From NCBI GenBank assembly GCA_017499595.2, contig CM039004.1, positions 3,224,001 through 3,288,000 of the forward strand: 64,000 nucleotides of DNA, given 5' to 3'. Each line of letters begins with the position of its first letter. Positions within the stretch are counted from its first letter, which is position 1. Below are positions 25,344 through 38,928 of this stretch, piece after piece. Position numbers and translations under genes: made by a program. The notes below the pieces were generated by a model. The model was given only the letters and a program-made list of their open reading frames with translations, did no database searches and was not told the DNA's origin. The DNA is from Psilocybe cubensis (Eukaryota).

Positions 25344-26634
25344 ATGTATTGGTCAGTCCGAAAAGCGCGATTTAAATGGCCACCGTCTGATTTTAAATTT
25401 GCACACAGGACACAGGACGCTTCCACCAGAGGACTACTTACCCCAACAACAGTTACCTTTGATTTACTACCTGCACTCGTGCTATACTATGTCATCGCAT
25501 TGCTTGTTCTGATACCTGATACCATGTTTCTTCGTCTTGCATTACTACCCGTCAACCTCTACGCTTTGTTTCGAATGTCTACGAAGATAGACCTTGCAAA
25601 AGGTCTCGCTGATGAGCAACGACTAGCTTATTTCAATCATGCCCTTATAGTTCGTATACCTTTGCATTGTGTACATGTTGATCTAATTGATTTGGCAGCT
25701 TGCAACGGTGACAATAGCCATTCGTGTATCCATCTGGGCATTTCAGCGAACTCCATATAAACGCATCAATTCCAAAGGAAACGTTGCCTTCGACGCCGCA
25801 GACCTTGTATTCAATTATAGGGGCATAGGCTGGTCCTGGTCTGACGGTTTAAAGATCCCAAAAGACCACCGAAATGTGAAAAATATGACCAGCTTTTGCG
25901 TTTCAACGTTGTTTTCACTTATACTCAACTATCTGTTATTCGACTGCTCTCTCCTTGCTGTCCAGTCCTTTGGTTCGTTAAACTCTCCCACTGGCGCCTC
26001 CATCTTCGATAACACTCTATCACCGGCTCCGCGCTACTTTTTCTCATTTGTTATCAGCATTCTGGCGGGATTGGCCATGTGTTATGCATTCACTGTGTTA
26101 TACCTCTTCGGTACTTTATTCTCAATTCTCTTTCTGGGACAAATGCCCGAACAGTGGCCTCCGTTATTCAACCGGCCTTGGTTCTCGACCTCGCTCAACC
26201 ATTTCTGGTCGTCAGGGTGGCATCAGCTTTTCCGCCACAACTTCATCACAGTCGGCGGTTATCCTGGATTTTACATCGCAGGCCGTCCCGGTGCTGTATT
26301 GGGTGCATTTTGGGTTTCAGGAATGTTGCACTATTTCGGTCTGTGGGGGATGGGCAGAGGTACAGACTTCCGCGCCGCAGTCGGGTATTTTCTGATGATG
26401 GGCGTTGGGGTCATACTGGAGTCTGTGTTCAAAAAAGCCACTGGAATGCGTGTGCAGGGATTTTGGGGGTGGTTATGGACTCATCTCTGGGTTCTAGGGT
26501 GGGGCACCGTTCTAATGGACGCATGGGCGATAAGAGGGCTGGCTGGGAGTACTTTCCAGCCACAGGGAACGAGACCGTCGCGCATGATTTTTGCTTTCGT
26601 AACGCAGAAATTACAATCTGCAGGCTATTTTTAA
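25344..26634 (+). CDS. Membrane-bound O-acyltransferase (MBOAT_2/wax-synthase-like), 2 exons
   Basis: Multiple TM helices; RGIGWSW, WPPLFNRPW, SLNHFWSSGWHQLFR, FWVSGMLH (catalytic His); intron about 25650-25699. Confidence 0.88.
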
Positions 26635-27036
26635 TTGAGAACTCCGTCCCTCTGGAGTCTGAAATTCAGAGCCATGTCAAATGTGTTCCTAAATTATATC
26701 TTTGGAAGGATACCTTTGAGCGGCATTCAATGCCCGTGTTAGATGTCTGACAGATCTAAAAGTTGGACGGGGTATTTAATGAAATCATCCAGGCCCACGT
26801 CCTTTTCCGCTGCTGACTCTCTCTTTGCCACGTATCGGCAGCTTATGCTCTTGGCCACACCATGTCTGTGCAAAAACCATGTGGTGTACGCCTACTTCCC
26901 GAGGGTAATATTTCTTGAACAGAGGGGATCATTCCCAAAGGTGACCGCGACAATTTTTCCAAGCTAATAGTATGTGGATAGAACGCAAATTAGTACGATG
27001 AGGGTATATACGCGCCTATCTGGTATATCCTCAGCC

Positions 27037-28434
27037 TCAAACTTCATCCCACTCCGCCTTGATCTCGTCCATCTGCCTCAACGACTTCATCTGCGGGATC
27101 TTCATTCGGTGTATGCACACCGAATCCCAGCTGATTGGCCGCTCTGTGTCCTTGGTACTCTCCTCCCTGATGTCGTGCCATCCGCCCTGGTCGTCTACCA
27201 CAGTGGTATTGACTATGTAAGGGAGGAGTGGTTTTGGTTCCACGGGTAGCCCTGGTGTCGAAGAGGGAGCAGACGAGTGCTCAGTGGTTAGGAAGGTGGC
27301 GTTGGAGTCGGGGTAGTAACGCAGGGCAGCAATCCACGATCCGATCATGACGTCGTCCGAGGGATAGTTGACGTGGTGAGCAACTGGCGGGTCGAGGCTG
27401 AGGAGTGTTTGGGTAACATTCGAACTATAACGACTGTGAGTCATTAAAAACAAAAAAAGGAAAGGAACACGACGCACCTTAGCATGTACCCGACTCCGAT
27501 TGGATACTTGTACCACGGCCCCGCGATGTAAAAGTCCTCGTTATCGTCGGAACCGGTATTTTGGTAGTATACTTTGTGGTTGCCCATGCGTCCCACCATG
27601 ATGGGTTCTTTGCGGGGATTCAAGTTGGGGTGGGTGTGCTGTAACCGGCGGGCAAGCGCCGAGAAGCGACAGAAAGTGTCAGAGTCGATCGTCATGGAGT
27701 AGTCGTACTGGTCGTAAGGTATCGAGTTGGTCTGCATGTCAAAGGTATGCATTGCGAAGGAGAAGAAGAAGAGCAGTTTAACGCACCCATTTGAAAGCTT
27801 CGAACCGCTTCACCGACAGCTTTTCTGCCACATCAGGAAACTGATCCAGAATTACCACATCATTGTACACCTTGTTCTCCTTCACCAACTTCAACTTTGT
27901 GTTCAAGCCCTCCACACCGTCTTTGGCCCGCCCCACGAAAAACCTGTAGTCAATTTGAACCTCGTTAGGTTTGACACCGGCTAACACTGACTCCCGGATC
28001 GTCTGTCGCCGCTCAAACGCGTCTACCCGGGTGATTATCGCGAGGCGGAGGACGAGCGGCCTGGTTAGAGGCTTGTCGAGGTAGGCGGGTCGCTCGGAGG
28101 TTGAAAAACCAAACGAGTCGGAGCGCCACATAGACATGTCCTTTGGTTTCGAGGGTGAGTCGGGTTCAGGTGTCAAAATGGGGCGTGGATCCGGGGTCTC
28201 GATGATGGAGGGTGTAGTCTGACCAGAGAAGAATATCTTGAATATCGCAACGGCGAAGAGAAAGGAAAACACGATGGCTATAGGTCTAAAGAGCGGATGT
28301 CGCAGCGCTGCTTGGAGACGGTTTTTGAGAGGAGGCGAGGCGTCGAATGTGTCATGTATGTCGAAACTAGGCTGATGCACCTCGGAATCTGGAAGAGGGG
28401 AGTAGGCTGCCTGGCCACCATTGGGGGGATACAT
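27037..28434 (-). CDS. GT31-like type II membrane glycosyltransferase, paralog A, 3 exons
   Basis: N-terminal TM; ERRQTIRESV, YRFFVG, ENKVYNDVVILD, KRFEAFKW, MTIDSDTF (DxD), YPIGVGYMLS, YPSDDVMIGSW, CIHRMK. Confidence 0.85.
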
Positions 28435-29513
28435 TTGGATTCAAAGCCTGGAGATTATTAGTAACTGAAATTATAAGGAAAAGTAGACAATGGTAGAAAT
28501 AGGGTGAAGTCTATGTTGGCGGTCATTGAATACCCACGAATCCCTGCGGTTTTACGTTTCGTGAAGGCAATGCCAAGGGAGATATTCAAAAGTTAAGAAC
28601 GAAGTGCCCAGACAGCCATAGTACCAAACATTGTCCGGCAGATATGCCGAGCGATGGCTGGGCAGCTCCACATGGGATTGCGAAACCGCTTCGACTAACC
28701 CTTTTCGTACAAACATATTGAGTAGATATAATGTTTAAACTAAGTCGCACCCAGTTACATTTAAATGATGCATGTAAATTGGGGAGTGTTGACAAGAAGA
28801 GAGGGTTGACAACAGAAACAGGATTTGCATCTGTTAGAGAGCCCAAATTTCCTTTTTACACACGTATAATATCCTAACTGCGGCTTTGGAAAAGGTACGA
28901 CAACAGCAGCAAATCCGTAGCACGTTGTAACCTGGACATTTCAATGATATTCCAAAAGAACAATGAAATAGCATTGTTACTGCTCAGATTGAACAACCTG
29001 CGAGTTGCGTTAAGCGTGAAGACGAGTGTGCAGCAAATAAATTGGGCTGGAATGACTAAGACCAGTAGCAGATGTTAAAGAATAAACAAATGAGAATGCC
29101 CACATACCCAAAAAGGGGCTGAGAGTGTAATTATACTGATATCCATATGTTAATGCAATTTACTAGCCAACAAACTCGTTTCAATGAAGTGCCCCGATGA
29201 TATATAAAAATGTCTCTGGAGAAAGATGAGCTCACGTATCTCTGTTCAACAAATTAACCATCAACTTTAAACAGTTCAGGAGACTATCGTGCACTTTCTA
29301 CGTCGAGTTGGTTAACTACATTGTGTAGGCCAGGACTCGAGACCAAGTGGTAGGCGCCTGATTGTCCATCACTGCAACTTTATGATATGTAATATATCGT
29401 CTTGTTCCCGAGACGGCCAAAAAAATCCTCTAGGTTCTTTGTGACCGAATGCAGCCGAGTGCCCAGCTGGAAATTGCGAAAAAAATATTAGCAGAAATAA
29501 TTTAACCTTGGCA

Positions 29514-30924
29514 TCACCTCGGATCCCATTCCATCCGAATTTCCGCCATTTGTCGCAAATCCTTCATCTCCTTCGGCGACAGTCGATGCACGCAGGCGGT
29601 CTCCCAGCCAATGGGTCCTTCATTCCCGCCGCGGTTTTTAAAATCGTGCCATCCGACGGTATCATCCACGACCTTTGTGTCAACTGCGTAGGGGAGGTAT
29701 GGTTTCGGGTAGACTCGGTGCTGTGGGGGAGGTGAGTGTTCGATCGTCGTCTCGAAGAGAACATTGGGGTCATGGAAGAGCTTAAGAGCTGCGACCCAGG
29801 AGCCTATCATCACGTCATCTGAAGGGTAGTTGATGTGGTGTGGGAAAGGAGGATCAGCCGTGAAAATTGTGTCCGTAAGATTTGAGCTGCGGATTTGAAG
29901 TTTCGGGGTAAGGAAACCAACAACACATGCACCAGACCTGAGAAGAGATTGACGCACCTTAACATGTACCCGATCCCCAGAGGATAGGAATACCACGGGC
30001 CTTTCAAAATAAAGTCTTCATCCGAATCGTTTATATTTCCGTCAGGGACGGTATTTTGGAGATAAACTAGGTGGCCGCCCATTCTTCCAATCAAGATGGG
30101 CTCCATATGAGGTCTGAGCTCTGGGTATGCGTGCCGTAATCTTCGTGCGAGCGTCTGAAAGCGGCAGAAGGTATCTGAATCCATAGTCATCGAATAATCG
30201 TATTCACTTTGTGGAACCGAAGCTGTCTGTTGAATATGGTAGCTGCACATCAATGTCCCATTCAACCTTGAAGTTAAAATACAGAACATAAACATACCCA
30301 TTGTATTGCTGCGTACCGTTTCTCGGAGAGCCGCTGAGGTACATCATTCAGGTCATGGAGCATTATGATGTCTCCATAAATCCAGCTCTCCATTAACAGC
30401 CGAATCTTCCACAACCAGCCTTTCACCGTGTCGAGATTATCCTTCGCCACTCGTCGCCCGACGAAGAACTTGTATTCCAGCTTCACATCGCTCTCCGGCA
30501 CACCATACAGCACGGCGTCGCGCGTAACCTGACGCCGCTCAAATTCATCCACGCGGGACATTACTGCGAGGCGGATGCGCAGTGGGGTAGATAATGGCTT
30601 GTCCAGATAGGCAGGCCGGGATTGGTCGTTAAACGTGAAGTCCCCTTCATTCCACATAACCGGCTCGTCAGAGCCATATTGCAGGCTTATATTGTTGAGG
30701 AAGACACAGAGCAAAATAAAAATTAAGAGAAGGAGGACAATAGTTGTCGGCCTTATCCGTCGTCGTCTTCGGGTTAGGGATGATAATTTTGCGCGAAGGG
30801 AGGCAGAGGAAGAGTATGAATTGTCATAGGGTTGAGTGGACGCAGTGTCGTGGTCGTCGCGCGGGCGTTCCGTTGGCAAGCCAGAATATCGTCCTAGGTC
30901 GTCGTCTTTTCTCGGCGGGTACAT
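29514..30924 (-). CDS. GT31-like glycosyltransferase, paralog B, 3 exons
   Basis: TM after RRRRRIR; ERRQVTRD, YKFFVG, MTMDSDTFCRF, YPLGIGYML, YPSDDVMIGSW, CVHRL; same intron positions as paralog A. Confidence 0.85.
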
Positions 30925-31583
30925 GATATGTGAACGGGAGCCAGGTATGTGTAATAATTACAATTTGGTGCAAATATAATGTATGCCTTGAGCAAGAGGG
31001 CAACGGGGTATCAAAGCAGTATGTAAGAAGTGGAAGAGAAAAGAGAAACTACGAGCATCGTAACCATGCTAAGATTATTATTCTGTTTGAACTGTTTTTG
31101 CATGGTTTTGATTGATTTGGATCCAAGGATTCAATATTCAACCAGGCCAAGTTGATCGATGCATTGATGCCAAAATGCTATCTTATCTGAGCGCTGGCGC
31201 CCGGCGATTACGGTCAAGTTTGATCATGATGTCATACTGACAAGTATGCATAAGTATGCACCTGCAGTCCATATGTAAGTATATGGTAGCTACGAGTCCT
31301 CCTTTAGGAGGATTTTTGTTTATTGGGGAGCTTGCTCCCCTTTGTACTGGTGGGGACCCAAAATGCTTAAGCGCACGTGATCCACAAGTGTTTCGATCGT
31401 CACCCCGTGCGAACTTACCAGCAAGACCTGCCGACGTTTGTGTACTGGCATAGCAAATTAATCGTTCTTGCTTTTTTTTTGTTCTCGTTCATGTATTACC
31501 TATAGCTTGTCTCTTCTGAAGGTAATTGATACTATGGTATCTGTATACTATTTTCAACTCTTGCTCTAGTATCAGGAAAGACA

Positions 31584-33014
31584 ATGTCGTATCCGCCAGC
31601 ACCCCACCACCACCACCAACATCATGCCAGACGGAATTCCAGCACGTCCTCCGCAATACTGGAAGAAGGCATTCAGTTCCATACCCCCAGCTCTTCGATG
31701 TCTAGATTCGGAGTCAAATCTATCTCTCTCCCGCGGTTGTTAAACAGGCGCATTCTGTTATTCCTCTGCGCGGTAGTGTTTTTGTACGTGCTGCGCCTGT
31801 TTTATCTGTCCGATGGTTCGGAACTGCAGCTACAGCTGGGGAAAGGTGAAGAAAATGTAAAAGAAGAGGAAAATAGACCATCGATACCCTGGGGACCAGA
31901 AACCATCTCCTTCGACCCCCCACGACCCGCATACCTCGACACGCCTCTCGTGGAGCCAATGGTCATACGTCTTGCTATCATCTCGCATGTCTTTGAATTC
32001 GAGCGCCGGCAGGTCCTGCGTGACACCGTGCTACGTGGAGTACCAGAGAGCGACGTTCATATCGAATACAAATTCATCATCGGGAACCCGAAGGAGGGGT
32101 TGGGAAATTGGACGACGTGGTTGCAGCGAACGAAGGAGGATTGGGTGTATGGTGATGTGCATACGGTGCCGGTGACGGATATTCCGGAGAGGCTGTCAGA
32201 AAAGCGCTTTGGTGCGTTGAAGTGGGTACGTGTTTTTTTACTTGTTCGAAGCATGCTGTTCCATACTAATGACTCATGATATCTACCAGGCCGACAGTGT
32301 CCCACATACAGAATACGACTACTCGATGACCATGGACTCGGACACCTTCTGTCGTTTCCAAGCCCTCGCGCGGCGGATCACTCACACCCAGCCAAAGCTG
32401 GCACCGCGCACCCAACCCATCCTCATCGGGCGCATGGGCGACCATGTCACATACTTCAAAAACACTGTCCCAGATGGAAACATAAACGAGAAGGACGAGG
32501 ACGACTATGTCAGGGGCCCATGGTATCCATACCCTCTAGGTATTGGGTACATGCTGAGGTAAGTGGTGTAGTATGTCACTGCTTGCGGTTTTGATGTTTC
32601 CCCTGCAGCTCGAATATCACGCACACGCTCATGAACATCTCCCCTCCCCTCCCGCACCACGTTATCTACCCCTCTGACGACGTCATGATTGGTTCCTGGA
32701 TAGCGGGACTACGCAACTTCCACGACCCCACGATTAAATTTGAGACGACGGAGCGCTCGTCGAACCCACCACCACTGACGCCCGTGAAGCCGACGCCATA
32801 TTTGCCTTACCGGATAGATACGGAGGTGGTGAACGACGTAAACGGATGGCATGATATCAAAAGCGCACGGGAAAGTGGTACTGAGGGACGAATTGGCTGG
32901 GAGACGGTGTGTGTGCATCGAATGAAGGCTCCCGAGATGAGGGCTCTGAGGGCGAGGGAAGAGCTGAAGGGCGAATGGGAGGATGTGATTGTCAAAAAAC
33001 AACAGGTGTACTGA
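31584..33014 (+). CDS. GT31-like glycosyltransferase, paralog C, 3 exons
   Basis: TM ILLFLCAVVFLYVL; ERRQVLRD, MTMDSDTFCRF, YPLGIGYML, YPSDDVMIGSW, CVHRMK; divergently transcribed from paralog B. Confidence 0.85.
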
Positions 33015-33185
33015 ATCTTACGGAGTAGGGTGAGAACGCGGATATTTTGTGCCAACTATTACACATGCCACTTACGACTATTTTTGATATCTAATGCAGT
33101 GTTATTCCACTATTTGGAATGTATCGCGAACAAATTAATTGTTAAAAAGTCTTTGAGGACACCTGAGTTATAACCTTTGCATTTA

Positions 33186-34675
33186 TTACACGGCGGCTTG
33201 GTATGAAGGTGGCAATCCGGCATTGACATGGTTCAATTCAGAGTCCATCAATAACAACATGACAGATGATCCAATCGGTACAGATCCTGTGTCTGTTATC
33301 TGGTCAAGCCGTGGAAGATAGATATATGGCCTGCCATTGGATTCAATATGGGAATAACGTTCATTCAGTGGTGAGTTTTGGTGACCCGAAAAGATTGTTG
33401 GTGCGATTGAACTGGGAGAGACCACAACGCTCGAGGCCGTCTCTGACCTTGAACGAGGACTCATAGGTAGGTGGGTACCTTGGACGCCTTGACTTTTGAC
33501 ATCGACAGTTAATTGATGAAGTACGTCGTGATGGAATGGGGTTATAGTTGATGCAGATGGTCTGCTCTGTAGATCCGGAGGCTCCGCTAAATATGCTTCT
33601 ATGTGAGCCACCAGAATATGTGAATCTCAATGACTGACCGTTTTCATATACAAGTACATGCTGTTTCTTGTCCCGCCTCCGGAGTAGGCGTAACATAAGC
33701 AGTGCCAGTAAAGAGATGAATATAATACCGCCAAGAATACTTCCAGCAATTGTGGCAGCACCAACAGAAGCTCGAGCAGGAGAAACAGATGCAGTGGGAA
33801 GCGATGCCACCGTATTAGTGACCACCGTCCCGTTCGCCTCTGTAGTTGTGATGAAAGTGACTGAAATTGACTCTGTAGGGGAGCCCAAAAGATTTGTCTG
33901 AAAAGGTAAGGCTGACACAGGAATTAATAACTGGGTACATGTTGATTTCGAAACATCTACCTGTTGTAATGCCCTTTGCAGATTCGGGCACAGCAAAATT
34001 CTGCGGTTCGTCAGTTTCACCAATTGCTGTACTCGCAGAGGTTGACTGCAAAGCTGTAAATATCGCTGCAGTGGGTGCAATTAATGGATCTAATGAATTT
34101 CCGCTGAAAATGGGTCTAAGAGTACCGGGCAGTTGACTGTTCCCAGAAGTTGACGACACAGTGGACGTACTCCCCGGCGATGTATTGGCGCTTGGCGCTA
34201 TAGAGGTTGGCACAATCCCTGGACTGACATTGAAGTTTTCTCCCTCCAGATGGAACCGGTCAAACTGGAGCGGACTGTCGAGCGCCGAGCCAGCATTTGT
34301 CAATGAGATCGTATGGGGTGTATCTGAAATGGGGCCTGAGTCGAAGAGGATAACATTGTATATCGCCGTGGTGTTTGTCTGGTGCGATATAGCTGTTTGC
34401 GCTCCGTCGAGTGTTACTGTTGCGTGGACGCCTGTCCCTGACCCAATAGGGACTGTGATATACACCACCACTCTAGTACCTGTCGCAAATAAAGTAGGTT
34501 GTAGTGGTATTAATCAGAACGCTGGCGTACCTTGGAAGTTAACCGATGCAGATGCTCCAGTCTCAGTGGTCGTGTGTGTCGTGCTTTGCCATTGTCTGGA
34601 AGATCCCTTGAGAAGAATCCAAGCCCCTACATATCCAATCTGTGAGTCCGTGTCATCCAACTCAAGTCTATTCAT
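33186..34675 (-). CDS. Single-pass membrane protein: N-terminal beta-sandwich-like domain, Ser/Thr stalk, TM, cytoplasmic tail ending PPSY
   Basis: MNRLELDDTDSQIGYVGAW...ASASVNFQG|TRVVVY...LQFDRF; TM IAGSILGGIIFISLLALLMLRLLRRR; C-terminal LPPSYQAAV; 2 introns. Confidence 0.75.
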
Positions 34676-34964
34676 CTAAAGTGTCACTGTCACGGCGGTC
34701 GGAGAAATTCTAGGTGTAGAATAAGGCTTGCGCCTGCTACAATGGTGCGGAACTCAGACTGAGTTGGAAGGAGGACAAAATGGTGGCCGTTGATGGTGTG
34801 ATGATCGACGGGATATCAGAGCGGAAACATTGCAAGACTTTAGGGTTATATCTCAGGCTTTCTTTACTGTTAAAATAAATTAGAAGATGTGGATTGTCAG
34901 TTGGGAACTGTAGAACAATCAGTGTTAATATAGAAATGACAGCTTCCACTTGTGACAAAATGAA

Positions 34965-34993
34965 AAAATAAAATAAAATAAAATAAAATAAAT
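34965..34993. repeat. (AAAAT)n microsatellite
   Basis: About 5-6 tandem AAAAT units. Confidence 0.7.
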
Positions 34994-37359
34994 AGGTATG
35001 TCTTTGACTGTAACCCATTTTAGTTGAGTTTGTGCACAGCAACTTTTGATTCACAGAAGTGTATTTAGAACTTGTAAAGTGGGCTGTTGCTATGCATGGA
35101 ATGTGCAAGTCCCCCTGATTCCAACTCCTCAGTCTATTCTTACTGCTTGTATTATTAGCATCTACTATAAGACATATAGTAAGAATTTTTATCATATTAT
35201 CACAATTGTTGTCAGGAAAGAGAGTTGGAATGTCTAACTTGTGAGTCAACAGTAGGGTACTATAGACTATACACAGAAGAAAGGTTTTCACTGCCCTGAA
35301 TGTAGATAGCTAAATAAGTTAGTAGGCCAAGTAACCATTGAATTCAAGATAAATTTCACTGACACAGGGTGGTACACAGGTTAATAGGTCAGCTCATACT
35401 AGGGTGATCAGAAACTCTGTTGTATTCAAAATAGGTGGAGCTTAGACTTAGTTTCCGGCCACATGTCAAGGTGTTTGGCATGCATATAGAACACAATTTA
35501 GGGATTGACATTTCTATCAATAAAGGATGCAGTTAGAGACGAGTTGAAATCTTGTCTGGTGTTTGACATAATGTAAGTTCATGATTTTTTCGGAGTCAAT
35601 TATAGGGCAATGCTACGGTGTCAGGCAAATTTCTGTCTGTATAGCATAATTGTATAAGAAATAAGAGGTGGTATGGGATTTTTCTAACAGTAATTAGCGC
35701 AGCTGGCAACAGAATAGAGAGGAGAGACGTACCACTGAGTTGTCGACGCAGCGTTAAAAAATTGTACCACTCACTTTCAAAATTGGTTCGAAATCAACTT
35801 AAAATATAAATACAGCCGAACGGCGAAAGGATTTGCTTACAAAGGTTTCAAAGTCCGGCTGTGTGTGTATATATCTTCACGTTAGGCCTAAGTATCGATA
35901 GTCTCGTTCCCAGCCGTTTTCGAGCACGATCTCACTCCGAGAGGCCCACTACGGAAGCCCGGTATTAATAATCTGAGTTTAAAGTTGGAGGCAAAAAACA
36001 GGTAAAGTTTGATGGTTTCTTACAGCGGTTTTTCCCAGAAATTTTGACTCCGATTTCATTCTCCGCCAACCGCTCCCGAAGATCTGGAGGTGAGATTAGG
36101 CCCATTAGGGCCTCAGTTGGTTTGCGCCTCACCCGCCTTCCGCACGCTCATTTACATCATAGTTCTTGATCAGCGGGGTCGCAAATGTCGCTAGCCCCAT
36201 ACTGTTCGATCAGAACGCTTGGAGTCGCATCGGTCCAATACATCAATGTGCTTACTCATTTCAATCTAAAGGCCACCACGGATCCATGCACCAAGGAAGG
36301 TGTTGATGTAGCAAGATGGAATGTGATTTTGCTGATTTAATCTTCATCATGAAATGTTGGTTACCTTTGGGCAGCAATCGCTTTCTGTAACAATGATATT
36401 TTGCTACTGATATGCCGAAGGCCGACAGCTCCTCTGAGACTGACGGGCGGGGTGCACCCAAATGCCATGTATAGCACCAAGTTTACAGTTTTACTCGGTG
36501 ATCATATTCGTGCGTTGTTTGTCCGTCTCACATTTGCTCATGACGGATGGAGGGACGACTGGCACTTCAGTTCAAAATGATGGAAAAAACGCCCGCCGGA
36601 CGCTTAACGTTCAATTTTGTACACTCTGAAGTATAAATGTAGGTCCACGACGCACTGAATTTCCCAAAATACACCGAAACACGTCATCGACGGTGATTTT
36701 GCGTCAGCATTGAGCAGTAACATAATTGTTCACTCACGCAGATGTCACCCTTAACATGTTTGCTTATTTTGTGAGGGTGACGATAACTTCGATTTGTTCG
36801 TATTGGATCCTTGATTTAGAATCAAAGTCAGAAGTAGTTTTAACGCGATCTCCACTTTAAACTATTCGTTTCTACAGCACAGCATAAAGCACAGTAGATC
36901 CAAGAAACAGAACAAAGATGTAGATGGTTACGCGACATATAGTATACTTAGTGTTCAATCGGTTGTTAGTTCAACAGTGAACAGAATCAAAAATGGGAGT
37001 TGAGCGCTGAGCGCGAGCGCTCACTGTGCTAGAACTTATTTTAGGGATTAGGGAATCTATGATGCATCTTGTACCTGTATTGTCAGTGATTTGCGATGCG
37101 GTATTGAGATATCGGGGCACCATGAGCTGGCAACGGTATATAAAAGAGGTGCTCAGTAAGTTTATAAAAGTGTGTATCGATTGTATCGCATCCAATCTCG
37201 CCCATCCAACTTTATTTCTTATACATTGTGGTCAGGTTATTACAAGCGAAAATCAGTGAGTTAATCTGAACATAGGATTGGCGGATTTTTTTTTTCATCA
37301 CGTTGACTTTATTTTCTTAGGTATAATTGCACAGTATTAAAACCATCATTGGCCACTCA

Positions 37360-38928
37360 ATGTATCTGTTCTGGAATGGATATCTAAGGCCATCTGAAGT
37401 TTCATATCACCACTTACCCAACCACAACCCAAATCTCGACGAGGTTGATCCCGAATCCCCGCCGTCCCCGTCACCATATACACACCATGTAATCAATTCA
37501 AAACATTCAGTATACAATAAAGTTGCCACCCTATTCCGCTCACTATTCATTCAGGCATCCGCCCCAGACCATCGATATATATCGTCTGTATGGCCTTCAC
37601 TACCCCAACCAGTTATAACCTCCAAACGTCCACGAATATTTTATCGCCTCTCCGCATTCGCGTTGCTGATACTCGCATGTGTAGCATGTATCATCCTTGC
37701 AAGCGGAGCCCTGGACCCGTTCATAGGACCTGATTTTGTGTTTGAAAATACTCTCAAACCATCTTACATCGGTGTAGATGCAAATACTGTAAATGGGACC
37801 TCGCCGCTTGTGATAAAGCTCGCAATAATATCCCGCGTGGACGCGTTTGAGCGGCGCCAAGCAATTAGGGAGAGTGTGCTTGATGGTGTCCCGCAAGAAG
37901 ATGTGACTCTGGAGTACAAATTTTTTGTGGGCCGGGTTCCTTTGCCTCTCAAAAACCATTCCGTCTCAGTTTCAAGACAAAAAGCGCATGATGAGGAAAC
38001 TAGGAGGATAATGAGGAGAATAGATAGGGAAAATGAGGTCTATGGAGACGTGTTAGTTGTAGAGGATGTGGAGGACATCCCGGAACGGGTGGCAGAGAAG
38101 CGGTTCGCTGCCCTAAAGTGGGTAAGTTCGCACTGCTTTCACCCCTATTTACATGGTCATTTCCGACTTAGAATTTCATCAAACTTATCACTTATAGGCA
38201 AACGATACCCCGAAGGAGATGTACGACTATGCTATGACGATGGACTCCGACACTTTTTGTCGATTCAGCACGCTCGCACGGAGGATGCGTTATGACCCAA
38301 TGTATGTCGGACTACGGCCGCGCGAGGATAACATATTAATTGGGCGTATGTCTGAGCATCGGCTATACTGGGAAAATACTGTCACCGACAACAGCAGACA
38401 TGCAAATAGGAATACAAATGGAAATGGGAAAAAAGATGTAGAGGAGGATAGATGGATGACGGGTCCATCGTATCCTTATCCTATCGGAATTGGTTACATG
38501 CTTAGGTATGGTCGAAACTCATATCTCATAAAAATACAATGCTAATAAAATACACCAGCTCACATTTAACAGCGACAATGCTGAGTGCAGACCCTGAGCT
38601 CCCGCACCATATCCACTACCCATACGACGATGTTATGATCGGCTCCTGGGTAGCAGGGCTCAAGATTCTACATGACTCCTCTGCAACATTCTATCCCAAG
38701 CCTTCAAAGTCTTCTGATATTTCCGGCAGTATGCACCTGCCGCCGTACCTGCCATACCAAGTTAACACAACAGTCGTAGACGATAAAATTGGCTGGCATG
38801 ATTATAAACGGAGGGGGCTAGTGGCCCATGCAGTAGGGTGGGAAACGGTGTGTGTTCATCGATTATTGCCTGAGGAGATGAAGAAGTTTAGAAAGATGAA
38901 AGAAGTCAGGATGGAATGGGATTATTGA
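37360..38928 (+). CDS. GT31-like glycosyltransferase, paralog D, 3 exons
   Basis: TM LSAFALLILACVACIILA; SRVDAFERRQAIRESV, YKFFVG, MTMDSDTFCRF, YPIGIGYML, YPYDDVMIGSW, CVHRL. Confidence 0.85.

Noticed and set aside
34737..35291. 184-aa minus-strand ORF
   Set aside because: Runs through a microsatellite and the CpG-free relic, non-ATG start, no protein features.
24277..35828. 15-bp inverted match TTTCGCCGTTCGGCT (24277-24291) / AGCCGAACGGCGAAA (35814-35828) bracketing the MBOAT-GT block
   Set aside because: The match does not extend, there is no TSD, and a few 15-mer matches are expected by chance in 64 kb.
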